Shown in pieces: positions 1 through 11,079 of a stretch of 64,000 nt of DNA. The number at the start of each line of letters is the position of its first letter. Position 1 is the stretch's first letter. The notes under the pieces are model-generated. The model saw only the letters and a list, made by a program, of their open reading frames with translations, did no database searches and was not told the DNA's origin. The stretch is from the NCBI GenBank assembly GCA_030704615.1, contig CM060734.1, positions 25,048,001-25,112,000 on the forward strand. The letters are read 5' to 3'. Source of the DNA: Takakia lepidozioides. Its lineage: Eukaryota; Plantae; Bryophyta. Both the position numbers and the translations under genes were made by a program.

Positions 1-2084
1 GCCAGAATCCGAAGGATGATGTGGACCTGGGCTCAAACCAAGCTGGGCGACTGGCATCAAATAAATCTGCAGGCAAATCACCAGGGGTAGGGATAACTCG
101 CTCTGCAAGTGAGAGCTCTTTGGATTCAATGCAAGTAGTTAGTGAGCTGCAGCAGCCACAACTACTTTCTTTTGTGCCAATGGCAGGTCCTAAAATAGAC
201 CCTGTAAATGGCTGGTTTAGCCTTGTTCCGAGTCCCGTGGAGGATTAGGAGTGAAGGCAGATCAACCGATAGATCCAAGGGTGAAAGCTCTGCCTCTCTT
301 TCTTGAGTGACAGTGTCTAGACAATGCCTGCAGTTGCGTGGGGCTGAATCTGGGGTGGCTTATTTGGTAGGTGGATGCTCCAGTAAATAGTACTTGGAAA
401 TCTCAATCCAGCTTCATCCATGAGATTAGTCCCAGTACAGGAGCCAGCCTTTAGCATGTTAGTCACCCTTGCTCCCTTCTCTGGCATCCGTCTGATTTGA
501 ACACTAGTTTCTGATCAGTCAACCCCCTCTCCCAGGTCAGTGGTCTTGGTTAGCCAGGTACTGAGTACATTCTTTCACTCTCGTAGATTGCTCCTTAGCT
601 TAACATCCATAGAAGGTCAACTGTAACTGTATAATATTATGGCATCTGGACTTATCCTCCATAAAAATGGAGGCTATTATTTCCCTGAGGTCGTATCATC
701 CTTTGTACCCACAATTCTATCCAGGTAAAACTTCTGTCAAGCATTTGAGATGGGAACAAGCAGCCCCACATATGTGATGGTCGGATAAGCCCTCAAAATC
801 AAACAGGTAAGACATTTAAATAGCGTACTTGAAAATTAGACACGAACAAAGTCATGTTTCGCAATAGAGTGATGTCCTACATGGGTAGGGGTGAACAATC
901 CAGTAGCTCAGATGCTTATTAGTAAGATTGCGGTCCTCGTAAGCCAAAGGGCAATTGCTTCTGGACTTCGACAGGATCCTTCGATCTCATGTCCGCTAAC
1001 AAAGCTGCAGGCGTCATATTCTTCAGTCTGTTGAGCAGAACACACCAAAGTCCTTTACCAATACCGCCTAAGGAAGCCTGTTAAGGTTTTCACTTAACAC
1101 TTATAATGTGTTCATCGAGTCCCACCCATGCGATGGGAGCGAGGTAAGTCTTGCAAGGTTGATCAGTGACTTGAAAAGAAGACAAGATATGAGTAAAACA
1201 AGAGGTGAAGTTTCTGAACTTTACATGCTACTCATTCTATGAAGGACACGGCTTAAAGCTTACATTGAAAGAATCTATGTTTTAAAAACATCACTATCTC
1301 CTCTGCACTGTCATCCCTAACCTATTCAGTTTAAAAAATTGCAATTAAATATCTACTCACGGGGAGGATGACAAACTTGTTCCGACAGATCTTCCTTCAT
1401 CTGAAGAAGGATTTGGTAGCTCTCGGTTTTCTCTGAGTTGGCTTGCAAACTTTTGTGTGGTCAGATTCTTCAAGTTTGTAGTTGTGGAAGCGAGAGAGTG
1501 GCGGCATGGACCGAAAATATGACGGAAACCCCTGGACTATAACAAAAACCACAACTCTGAAATTGCCGTTGCTGGAGAAGAAAGACACGGCAGTCATGTT
1601 TGTTGGTCTCTCATCCTTCCTGAAGTCTGTGCCGATTTCTCGTGTGTGTCTTTCTATCTTCCAGCTGGGCCACTGCACCGCTGTTTTCTATCGGCGGCAA
1701 CTCGTACACAATGTCCCCATGGTGATATGTTGCTATGACAGTGATGGTTTCTTTGTACATGTAGGTGTGCAGGTTTACATGCAACTTTACACGGAAGAAA
1801 ATGAGGAAGCAAATGGAGTGCTAACCAGAAATGTTTCTCGGCCTTATGTTCAAAGGCAACCCATGGAGCTTTTGTCTGACATGTTGAATGTTAGTACTGT
1901 ATGTGCCATGTATCATTGACATTAAGGGTTCCGTTATGTTTCCATCCTAGGTTGTCTCTTGAGCCGTGTTCCAACTTCAAATTGAGTGTGTTTCTGAGCA
2001 GTTCAGTTGCTGGTTGCAAGATGAGATGTTCTACTTAGTCTTGCAATGGAGTAAATGGATGTTCAGGTCTACTGGCTCATATGC

Positions 2085-2570
2085 AGAGGAGAAGTAGAGA
2101 GGGGAAGTCCAAAAAGCTTCTTTCTGACCCCAGTCAATGGTGGGACAATCGTGGCAAAAAGGTGAATGCTTGTTGGATTACAGAGAGTAGTAGATGCCAT
2201 TGAGCATAGGAACCAGTGTGATAAGTTGAGTTTGGGTTTTTGTTGGAACAAATCTAGGGCTGTCATTGTCAGCAAGGATGTATGCATGATCTGTGCAGAG
2301 GCATGGATAGCTGAAGGAGCAGGGATAGAGTGTGGGTCCAGATTCAGCCAAGAGGGCCGGATTTCAAGCACAAGATTACCTATGATTCCTGTGGAAGGAT
2401 AGCTACAAGAAACTTGCATGGGTAGATGGTCAACTGGAAGCCGCAGCAGCAGCAACATAATGATAAAATCAGGCACTACTAATCAAGGCACCTTCTTCAA
2501 CACATTTCACCATGTTTTTCCCTCTTATCAGAATCGGCCCTAAATTTCCATGTTGAATTCTGCAAGTTAG
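2085..2570 (+). repeat. Copy of the dispersed ~555-bp exon/intron-like repeat unit
   Basis: Shares TTCTGACCCCAGTCAATGGTGGGACAATCG, GATAGAGTGTGGGTCCAGATTCA and GGGTAGATGGTCAACTGGAA with copies at 11.1-14.2 kb and 30.1-31.8 kb. Confidence 0.85.
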
Positions 2571-2650
2571 CTGCGTTTTTTATCTCCTTAGAAAAGTTAG
2601 AATCAGTTTCTTTTTATATTACGAGTACTCCACTGTAAGGGAGGAAGAAA

Positions 2651-2782
2651 GTGATGAAGATGCTAGAGGACAAGATCGTTGAACCGTTGGTCGGCAAGAA
2701 GTTTCATCTGGCTGACTTCAAGGCTGCTCTGGTAGAGGCAGAGCAGGACGCCCGAGGTGGCAAGGTGCTTCTGGTGAATTAG
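2651..2782 (+). pseudogene. Isolated C-terminal fragment of an MDR-family (zinc-binding dehydrogenase / enoyl-reductase-like) protein
   Basis: Manual translation VMKMLEDKIVEPLVGKKFHLADFKAALVEAEQDARGGKVLLVN* resembles the F-x-L-x-D-x-x-x-A...GKVLL C-terminus of MDR enzymes; no upstream exons recognised. Confidence 0.55.
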
Positions 2783-3742
2783 CGAGTTTACAATCTCATA
2801 ACGCTCACATAAATCCGACAGGTGCATTGTACTGGACTCTTCATCGCCCAAAATTCAATGAATGTACATAACTCATGCTTTCAAAGTGGCTGACAGAGCT
2901 ACCTAAAAAACTGCTTAGAAATCCCTTCGTTAAGATCGTTACCTTTGCAGATGAGAAGTTTTTTCCTGACAGGAGGAAGTACCTTACGCCAGGTGTAAGA
3001 CACCTAGGGCCTTAAATTAGTAAGCTCCACTTCAACCAACAGACCCAACAAAGAAACCAGGATTGAAGAATAAAAAACCACTAGAATTGTACACAGTGTA
3101 GTGTAAGTAGATCGATTATGAAATGTTTACTGTATATGCAAAGAGAAGCAGTACTCTGCAATTACTTGATGAAATTGAACAAATACATCTTCATCCTTGG
3201 CATCTCCAACACCGTTATTGTGTGAGCAGCTCACACAAAGTTTGTGCCAGGTTATTATTTGGTTAGCCCTTTGCTTCATACTATGGGCGGGTCAGCCATG
3301 TTCCGCTTACAAGGCTTACACATTCTGCATAGTTTATGCCCACCTTGTCCTATACAACCATACTTGTTGCAAGATGCACACTCCAGCATGAGATTTTAAT
3401 AATGCAGTCCTGGACTTCCTAAATATCAAACCCACAGAAATTGTTGTAAGTATCGCTGCACACTGTACCTATGTCAAATGGGTTAGTAAGTAGCAAGTTG
3501 TATTTTGGAAAGTGTGTATTTGCATTCTGTCCATCGCAATCAAATTTATGACTGTTTCCAGGATGTATATGTTTAAATCAGACTGACCATTTCCTTCGGA
3601 AGTACATTCTCTGCTTTGTGTTGTGAGGGGCGTGGTTTGTTTCCCTGGGGTAGTCTTACATGATTTTCATCCTGTTTTATTTTTGTCAGACAGTGTGAAG
3701 GAGAAACTGTATGAGAATCTGAGTGTATGAACTTCGGCACCA

Positions 3743-4112
3743 AACATGAAGCGCAAAAGCAAGACAGGTCTCTTGTCTTTATGTTAGTAGGATTGATGAG
3801 GTCATTTGCATAAACACTATGCATGCTCTGACTTCCCTTGACAGTGCTGCAGTCCCACCGCTTTCCCCGCTCAACATCATCGCGACCAACATCCCAAAAA
3901 ACCCTGCGAACTTCTGACCTTGCCTTTGAGTAGGAAGAGAGAGGCATACCTCCTCCCAACCTCATCCTTAGGAATGTAACAGCATCGGTAGCATTCTGAA
4001 GTTTCACACCATGTGGGACAAGTTGTTTGGCACGGTGCTGGCGCTTCACCACGGCACCAACTCCATCATGCTTTCCCTTTCCATGGCCAGACCCAAAAAA
4101 ATTCCACCCCCC
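3743..4112 (-). pseudogene. C-terminal fragment of a DDD/E DNA transposase (Sola2-like)
   Basis: WNFFGSGHGKGKHDGVGAVVKR...VKGSQSMHSV...RDLSCFCASCL in ORF 3573-4196; HGKGxxDGxGxxVKR plus a C-terminal SCxCxxC is typical of this transposase type; subgroup assignment tentative. Confidence 0.6.
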
Positions 4113-4114
4113 AT

Positions 4115-4540
4115 GAGAGGAACATTCTCCGGGATGTAAGTTGGAGGTTGCACTTGCCTCACCTGCAAGTCGCGCAACACTCGCAGCATCTCCCAAAACA
4201 GATGCGATCGTGCATCATGCAAACCATTACCATGACCTGCGGGAGAATGTCCTTGATAAGGCCACCATCCTATCACCAAGTCAATGGGATCATGCCGATC
4301 CAAATCCTCCGCCCCCATCATGGTAATGTCTCATTTTTTTCCCTTGAATTGTTGATAAAGGCAACAACTCAGGATACTGATGTGTGAGCAAGGCAACATG
4401 GCGCATGGAAACACTCCGAGCAATCTCATCATTCTCCACATACAAGTACTTGCGTACTTTGATTCCTTCTTGCAACACTCCTGTAAGCCCAGTGCTCATG
4501 CCTCCAAACAGGTCTAGCAAACAAATGCTTGAGTCAGGTT
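4115..4540 (-). pseudogene. DNA (cytosine-5)-methyltransferase domain (DNMT3-like), decayed
   Basis: Motif I ICLLDLFGGMSTGL, motif II-like YLYVEND, then a frameshift near 4335-4345, motif IV DLVIGWWPYQGHS (consensus GxPCQ) with GLHDARSHLFWE, and motif VI YIPENV at 4121-4129; cut off after motif VI. Confidence 0.85.
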
Positions 4541-7051
4541 GTTGCCAGATAATAGGCACTGTGACCAATGGAGCTAACTGAAGAGGTCCAGGTGATGTCA
4601 CTGAACTCCCCTCACCTACCTTTGAAATGGCCTCCTGCCATGCTTGCTGCACACACTGGCTTGACACTCGCTGCAAATCCCCAACTGTACCCCACAATGA
4701 GCTATGCACAGGAACATGAGGAAGCAACTCAGCCTTGTATGCCAATTGCTTGTCATCATAAGGTGGTGGCCTATCATCTGCATGGCTATTGCCCTCCAAG
4801 AGCTCACCACCCCAAGCCACCACACCTGAGAATGCAGCCAATGTTGGCATCATGTTCCTATGATCCACCGCTACATTCCCAATAAACCGCACTGGGAGCA
4901 GTGCACGTCGGTCATCCCCTGACTGCCACTCTGGCCTGTGGGATGTTGTTTCCTCCCAAAAGTCCAGAGTAAATTCCATGGGGTACAACACAGCCCCACC
5001 AACAAGCACATCATAGGACATCGCGTCCGTAACAATGGTTTTAGCTCTCATGACTGAGCCGTCCATAGGATGATCCGGCTGCAATCAAATGAAGAGCTCA
5101 TGGCGTGTAATCCCTCGCGCCTTCTCTGAACCACCCAAAGATGTTTGAATTTGGAAAGGGCAAGGCTCCAAGTCCGCCTCTGTAAGGCCCAAGCCTGCAA
5201 TAGCTGCTCTCCCCAACATCAAAGGCTGTGCTCCTGAGTCCAACAAGACCCGCAGTGGCCTATACCTCCTCCCGGTTGGACCACCCAATTGAAACATTTC
5301 ATCCTGATTGTCCACCAGGACTACTCCAGGAGTCACCATGCTGCGCTCAATGGCTGGCCTAGCTGGCAACTCCTGTAACCTTGCAGCTGCCGCTTGCCAT
5401 GGCGCAGCTGTGGCTGACTTCACCCTCGAATCCAAAGCATCAATAGTCTGCATCTTATCTGCTATCTCCGCAGATAGTGTCAATGCATCACCACTCTCAC
5501 AGAGTCTAGCTGCTAGTCTGAACACAGCAGCTGGCCGAATCTCCGGCATTGCAATGGTCATTGCAGAAAACAATGGAGCTTGGCAAACCGCCGTAGCCGC
5601 CCCAAGAATGTACTGGCTGCACCTTGCTTTACAGCACCACCCACTGGCATTTCCCGAGCCACACCAACTCTCCCCAATGGTACTCGTGACTCTACCTCTA
5701 ACACACTTGGGCGAGCGGGTGCCATTGATGGCGTAGGTGGCACTGTCTCAGCCAATGTAAAGGACTATGGAAGCCTTGTCTGACGACTCGCTTCCCCCCT
5801 TTGTGGATCAAAATCCACATCCGCTCATCTTGGCTCAGGAGCACGCGTTGCTGCTCGAGTGACAGCAGCAGCAGAGTCCAATACATGCAATGGCCCTACA
5901 AGTGCGGCTCCACACATGAAGCCCATACCAATCTGGTCTTCCCTAGGCATAGGAGGTTGTGCAAGTGGGGCTTGAACCTCAAGCCTTGGAGCTGGCGCAA
6001 CATGAGTAGTGGCCATGGCAGCAAGACGTTGCTCTAGCTGGGCAAGTTTATCCACCATGCCTTGGTCATGACCTTGACCCTGACATTGTGCTCCTTGGTT
6101 TTGGTTACGACCTCCACCCCGACCTCTGCCTCCTTTACCTCTCTGGACTACATTGCCTCGTCCTCGGCCACCATTGTTCCCTTGGAACTGGCTTGGCCGT
6201 AGCTCAGGATGCAAGCCATAACAATGGGCCTCCACATGCCCATACTTTCCACAATGCCCACACTGTAGTTGTGTAGGCTGTGCCTGTGCCGGCCCTTTGC
6301 CTCTCTCCGGGCAATCCTTCTTGATATGGGGTCCTCCACAATCCCAACAAGTCACACCCGACTGTTGTTGGCCTGAGAATGAAGGAAAAGACCTCTGCAT
6401 CTGAGATCCTCTCTATCCTTCCCTGGGCTTCATCTGAGCCCCCTTGTTGCCTTGAATACGTTGAGGTAGTGGTTGTTGTTGGCTAGGGGCCCCACTTCGT
6501 TGTGTCTCCTTGCCAAGCCCCACCATAACCACTCGCTCCTCCACCATATTGAGCTCTATCCGCTCTGCCAGCAAAAACACATTTGATAAGGTGGGTTGGT
6601 CCACTTGTAGGAGAGTTGCATCCCGCACCCTTCTCCTCAGCTCCTTGTCCAATATCCCATACCAGAATTGGACTGCCTGAGCTTCCGTAACCCCTTGGGT
6701 TACATTTATCAAGCGCCTCATGCGAGTGTAAGCCTCCCTCAAACTCTCAGTAGGCCTCCATTGGAACTTTTGCAAGCTCTGCAACTTCTCTGTCCTTATC
6801 CCTTGGTAGTTTCTCCTCAACTCCTCGAAGAACTCCACAACTGGGTTAAAGGCAGGCACGGGTGCTGGTGTTGCAGCAGGAGCTTGAGTGGATTTCCCAG
6901 CTCCTGTACCACTTGTCCCACTACTAGTCTGACAGGTCATCACCCCAGCCTCATCACCGACAGCACACTCTAGGATTGACCGGTGATCAAATCCGGACCA
7001 ACCTCCTATGAAAACAAACGCCCACACAAAACTAACATAGCGCACAGTCAA
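4115..7051 (-). mobile_element. Truncated Ty3/Gypsy-like retrotransposon: gag - 2 zinc knuckles - aspartic protease - C5 cytosine DNA methyltransferase
   Basis: Gag-like ORF 6413-7051; CWDCGGPHIKKDC and CGHCGKYGHVEAHC knuckles (5825-6400, same frame after one stop); protease LRVLLDSGAQ (5085-5573); same frame continues after one stop into a MTase domain. Confidence 0.85.
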
Positions 7052-7449
7052 GCATGCAGGTGTGGAGGGGATCCAAGCACAAGAAAATCAAAACAGTAAC
7101 TCCCCCACACCAAAAACACTCCACCGTGTCGCTCCTGCAAGACACCCCAACCCAAACGTGGACTGACTCTTGCCTCCACCTACGGAAAGGTTTTGGCCTA
7201 CAGAGAGGGTGGAAGACTACAAAGAAGAGAGACTAAAGCAATTCCTATCACAGCATGCTCGCATCCCACTACCCTATCCTGCACTCCACAGTAATCAACT
7301 TTAAAAGTCCATGGCTTTCTGGTACATGATTGCTTTTGCAATCTAACAATTGGTACACATACCTATTGTAGTTAGAAACCCTATACCATATAAATTTAGA
7401 TGAAATATTGAGTTGTTGGACAAATATGGGTAAAACCATGGAGGGAGGT

Positions 7450-8317
7450 CACCAAATTCGGATAGCGGAAGGAGATGAGGAAAGACAGCGTGCAGGACAA
7501 GGTATGGTTCATACAAATTCCTGGTGATGCCTTTTGGGCTCACCAACGCGCCAACGACCTTTAGCACATTAATTAACAGCCTTTTCCAGGAGTGGTTAGA
7601 TGACTTTGTGATCGTGTACATCGACGCATCTTGGTGTACTTGAAAACAAAGGAAGACCACCTGGAGCACCTCAAAAGGGTGTTCCAGAAATTGCGGGAAG
7701 GCAAGCTCGGGGTCACAGAATTCGGGGTCACAAAAGTGGAGTTCCTAGGGCATGTGATTACATAGGATGGAATCAAAATGGATGACAGAAAGGTGAGGGC
7801 GATCTTGGACTGGGAACCTCCGACTTCGGTCCCGAGAGTGTGATCCCTTCTAAGACTCGCCTCCTACTACCGAAAGTATGCGAGGAATTTTGCCAAGATC
7901 GCGGGGCCGCTGTCAGACCTCTTGTGTAAATCCAAGGTATGGGTGTAGAACACCTTTTGTGGCCAAGCTTTTGCCGAATTGAAGCAGCGGATGGCGGAAG
8001 CCCCAGTTTTGAAGATCCCGGAGCTCAACCGTCCGTTTGAGATTCACACAAATGCGTCGGACTTCGCGATTGGGGGTGTGCTAATGCAAGAGGGGCGTCC
8101 AGTGGCTTACGAAAGTAAGAAACTGAACAAAGTGGAGCGACGGTGGCCTACGCATGAGAATGAAATGAAAGCGGTGGTGCACTGCCTGGAGCTTTGGCTC
8201 CACTATGTTGGTTCCAACCCGGTGAAGGTGTTCACGGACAATGTCACGGTGAAGCCAAAGCTCACCGTGACAAGACATTTTGGCATTGTTTGACGTGGAT
8301 ATTCAGTACAAGCCGGG
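7450..8317 (+). pseudogene. Chromovirus (Ty3/Gypsy) RT-RNase H fragment
   Basis: [34 protein letters not shown]; near-identical to the reverse complement of 36520-37390. Confidence 0.9.
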
Positions 8318-8398
8318 AGGTACATCCCCAAGAGATACAGCAAGCACATGAACTAACGAAATTGTGCGGACACAATTTCAAAAGAGGGGGGGAATAAA

Positions 8399-9269
8399 TG
8401 ATAACGGCTAAGCTACGAGGGCCAGACAACGAGGGTCACGACGGGACATACCGGATGGTGATTGGTGTACACTACCTGGTCACGGGCAGAAAAAGCTAAG
8501 TATGCGGTACTTAGCAAATGGCCGAACAATGGTACATTACCACGGGAGCAGTAGTGGGTAGTGTAGCAATCGTGGGCCGTGAACCACGATATCACACGGC
8601 CACGTTAGCATCGGCTTTTACTAATAGAGGAAGTAGTGGATCGTGTACCACTATGGTACACGACCACTACAACGAGCCACCTTTTTAGCAAACCCTTTAG
8701 GTTGCATAGGCGATTAGGCAAACGGTCATTAACGACTGCAGGCTGTAACGGCTCTTTCGAGCATAGTATAAAAGGGTTGCACGCAACTTAGAAGGTATCA
8801 GTGATCAGTGTGTATTCAGTGGACTCAGAGTGATTCGATGTGTACTTCTGCTATGATGTGATGAACTCTGAAGTAAAGCCATGCTATTCGAAGTATCTCT
8901 GTGTAGAGTGAACGTGAGATGGAGAGAATGTATATTATGAGATAATGTGAGATGGTGAGAATGTGTATCATCTCAGAATAGCTCTTGTTTTGTCTTGACT
9001 ACCATCTGATTGTATGAACAAAGAGGCTTCAGTCTTTCCGACTAAGATCTTTTAGGCCAATGAGACTGTAGGTTAGGCTTAATCAATAAGATTAAGCAAC
9101 ATGTAGAGATATTGATTCATACGACGGTCATGGTTTAGCTATCATTAAAATGATTACTTTGTAATCGTTTCTGAAAGCATACCATCGGACAACCTCTGTT
9201 GCATGTCTTGGGAAATGGGCAGTAGTGCTGAGAGCCTGTTTTGTCTAAGTCATAAACGAGCGGTTAACA
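8399..9269 (+). repeat. 871-bp LTR (3' LTR) of the non-chromoviral Gypsy family, preceded by a polypurine tract
   Basis: TG...CA ends (TGATAAC...GTTAACA); AAAAGAGGGGGGGAATAAA immediately upstream; inverted near-identical copy at 29215-30085. Confidence 0.92.
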
Positions 9270-9577
9270 GCCATCATGAAATCCATTGAGACACTCTCCC
9301 AAGACCCCTCTGGAATCGGCAAAGGTTGTAACAGCCCCGCTTGCTTTTTGTACTCGCTCTAGTTTTGCTGGCATGTGGTGCATGTCTTGACATACTCCTC
9401 GGCCTCCTCCCGAAGTTTGGGTCAGAAATACTCTTTCTTCAAGAGTGCCGCGGTGCGCTTGGCCCCGTCGTGGCCCGCAAGCGGGCTATCATGGCCTTCT
9501 CTCAAGAGACTATCTTTGAGCCCTCCCTTCGGCACGTAGAGACGTTTTTGCTTGTATCGGAGCAGTCCATTATGCAA
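9270..9577 (-). pseudogene. Chromovirus integrase N-terminal (H2C2) fragment, inverted relative to 7450-8317
   Basis: LHNGLLRYKQKRLYVPKGG...HDSPLAGH...CTTCQ...SMDFM; matches 36065-36370. Confidence 0.9.
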
Positions 9578-9720
9578 GGGGGTGCACTCCAGCCAATATG
9601 TACCAGCCACGTGCGTGCACAGGAGGGGGTATTTTAAACCCCTCCATGTACAACATTATACATATAGAGGGGGGTTTAAATCACCTTAAATATAATCTTA
9701 CAGGAGGGGGTAATTGAATT

Positions 9721-9820
9721 GTAGGAGTAGTCTAGTGGTAAGGACGTAGAATGTGTTGTGATGCACCGCGGGATCAAATCGCGATGCACTATTGTTTTGC
9801 TTTTCTTTTTTTTCTTTTCT
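9721..9820 (+). other. Degenerate tRNA-like / Pol III promoter-like motif with T-rich tail
   Basis: A-box TAGTCTAGTGG (9728-9738) in a D-arm GTCT..GGAC; B-box-like GGGATCAAATC (9770-9780) flanked by CGCG/CGCG; T runs follow; acceptor stem not intact. Confidence 0.45.
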
Positions 9821-11079
9821 CCCCGCGATCTGTCTCCCGTGGGCTCTCTTTTCCCTCCTCCCGCGCCCCTTCCGTGTCAGCTAGGTCTTAGCAGGCCATG
9901 TTTCAATCTCTGCTTTTTGGTGGGAAGCAGATGGTATTCAGAGAAATTTGTGAAGGGGCAATGGGAGAAGGAGGAATGCATGGTGGAATGGGAAGCATAT
10001 TATGCCTGTGTCTCGGTACTCTCCCTCTCTAGTTCTCAAAGTTTTCATCTCTTGGTACCTTTATCACAATTTCTAGTGGTTTTTATGTACACTTTGTTGG
10101 TTTATTGCACTATGAAATGTAGGGGTTTCATGTAGTTAATGGTTCCAGTAGTTGTGCTTGTGGCTTCACATGGGTGCCTGACATGCGCAGACCGTCACCT
10201 CACCAGCAGATGTCCATGTGTGCTTAGTTGAGGTGAATGGTGACGATGGCATCAGTGGTGGCGGGGATGCGATGGAGCGACAGTGAAGGTGTGGGGAGGC
10301 ATAGGCAGCTTACTCCTTTTGTTGTTCTTTGGACCTACTTTAGCAGGCTTCAGATTTTGGTGATGTATTTGTCTGCATGAACTACACATCTCCTGATTGT
10401 GTGTGCAATCTTCAGGTGGGCGCCATACTTGCTCTTTGAGCAAGGATTGTAGTCAACGAAATTACTTTCAAAGTACAAGTCCTGCAAGCCTCAAGACACC
10501 ATTTTATCTCTCTGTCTCAAGTGTCTCCTCTCCTGGATTCGAATATTCAATGAGAGATAATCTTAGAGCTAGTAGATAGATCAAGGCTGCTGTTTGTGGA
10601 AGCTTGAGGCCCCACCCCATAGCTGTGGCACACAAATGAGGAGGTATTTAGATCAATGTCTGTATTTTGGGTTGGTTTCCATGAGGCTACCTTATTGGGA
10701 GTCCTGGGTTCAAGTATTTGGAGGCCTCTGAGGAGTGACAGGTGTACAGTTTTCAGCCATTTACAGACATGTCATTGACCTTACCATCAAGCACCTAGAG
10801 CCTTGAAACTTGAGGTGGCACTGTAAGCCACCATGAAAAGTAACAATGTCCTCAGAAGAGACAGTAGCACTGACAATGTCGGCAAAGAATTGTGGCTCCC
10901 ATAACCTAGTCTCATTGTTCTCTTTTTCAATGTGATTTTCTCACTACATAAACACAGAAGCTGGATGACTTTGGACCTTCTATCGTTCTTATGGAGTAAC
11001 TTGGAAGGAATCATCGTGGAAAGATAAGCAGAAGTGTGGTCTAGTTGGAGCTATATTCTCAACCTCTGTGTTTTCTCTT

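Noticed and set aside
380-800. LINE reverse-transcriptase relic on the minus strand (TYVGLLVPI-like), and similar sequence at 63150-63750
   Set aside because: Too degraded to support by eye; needs a profile search.
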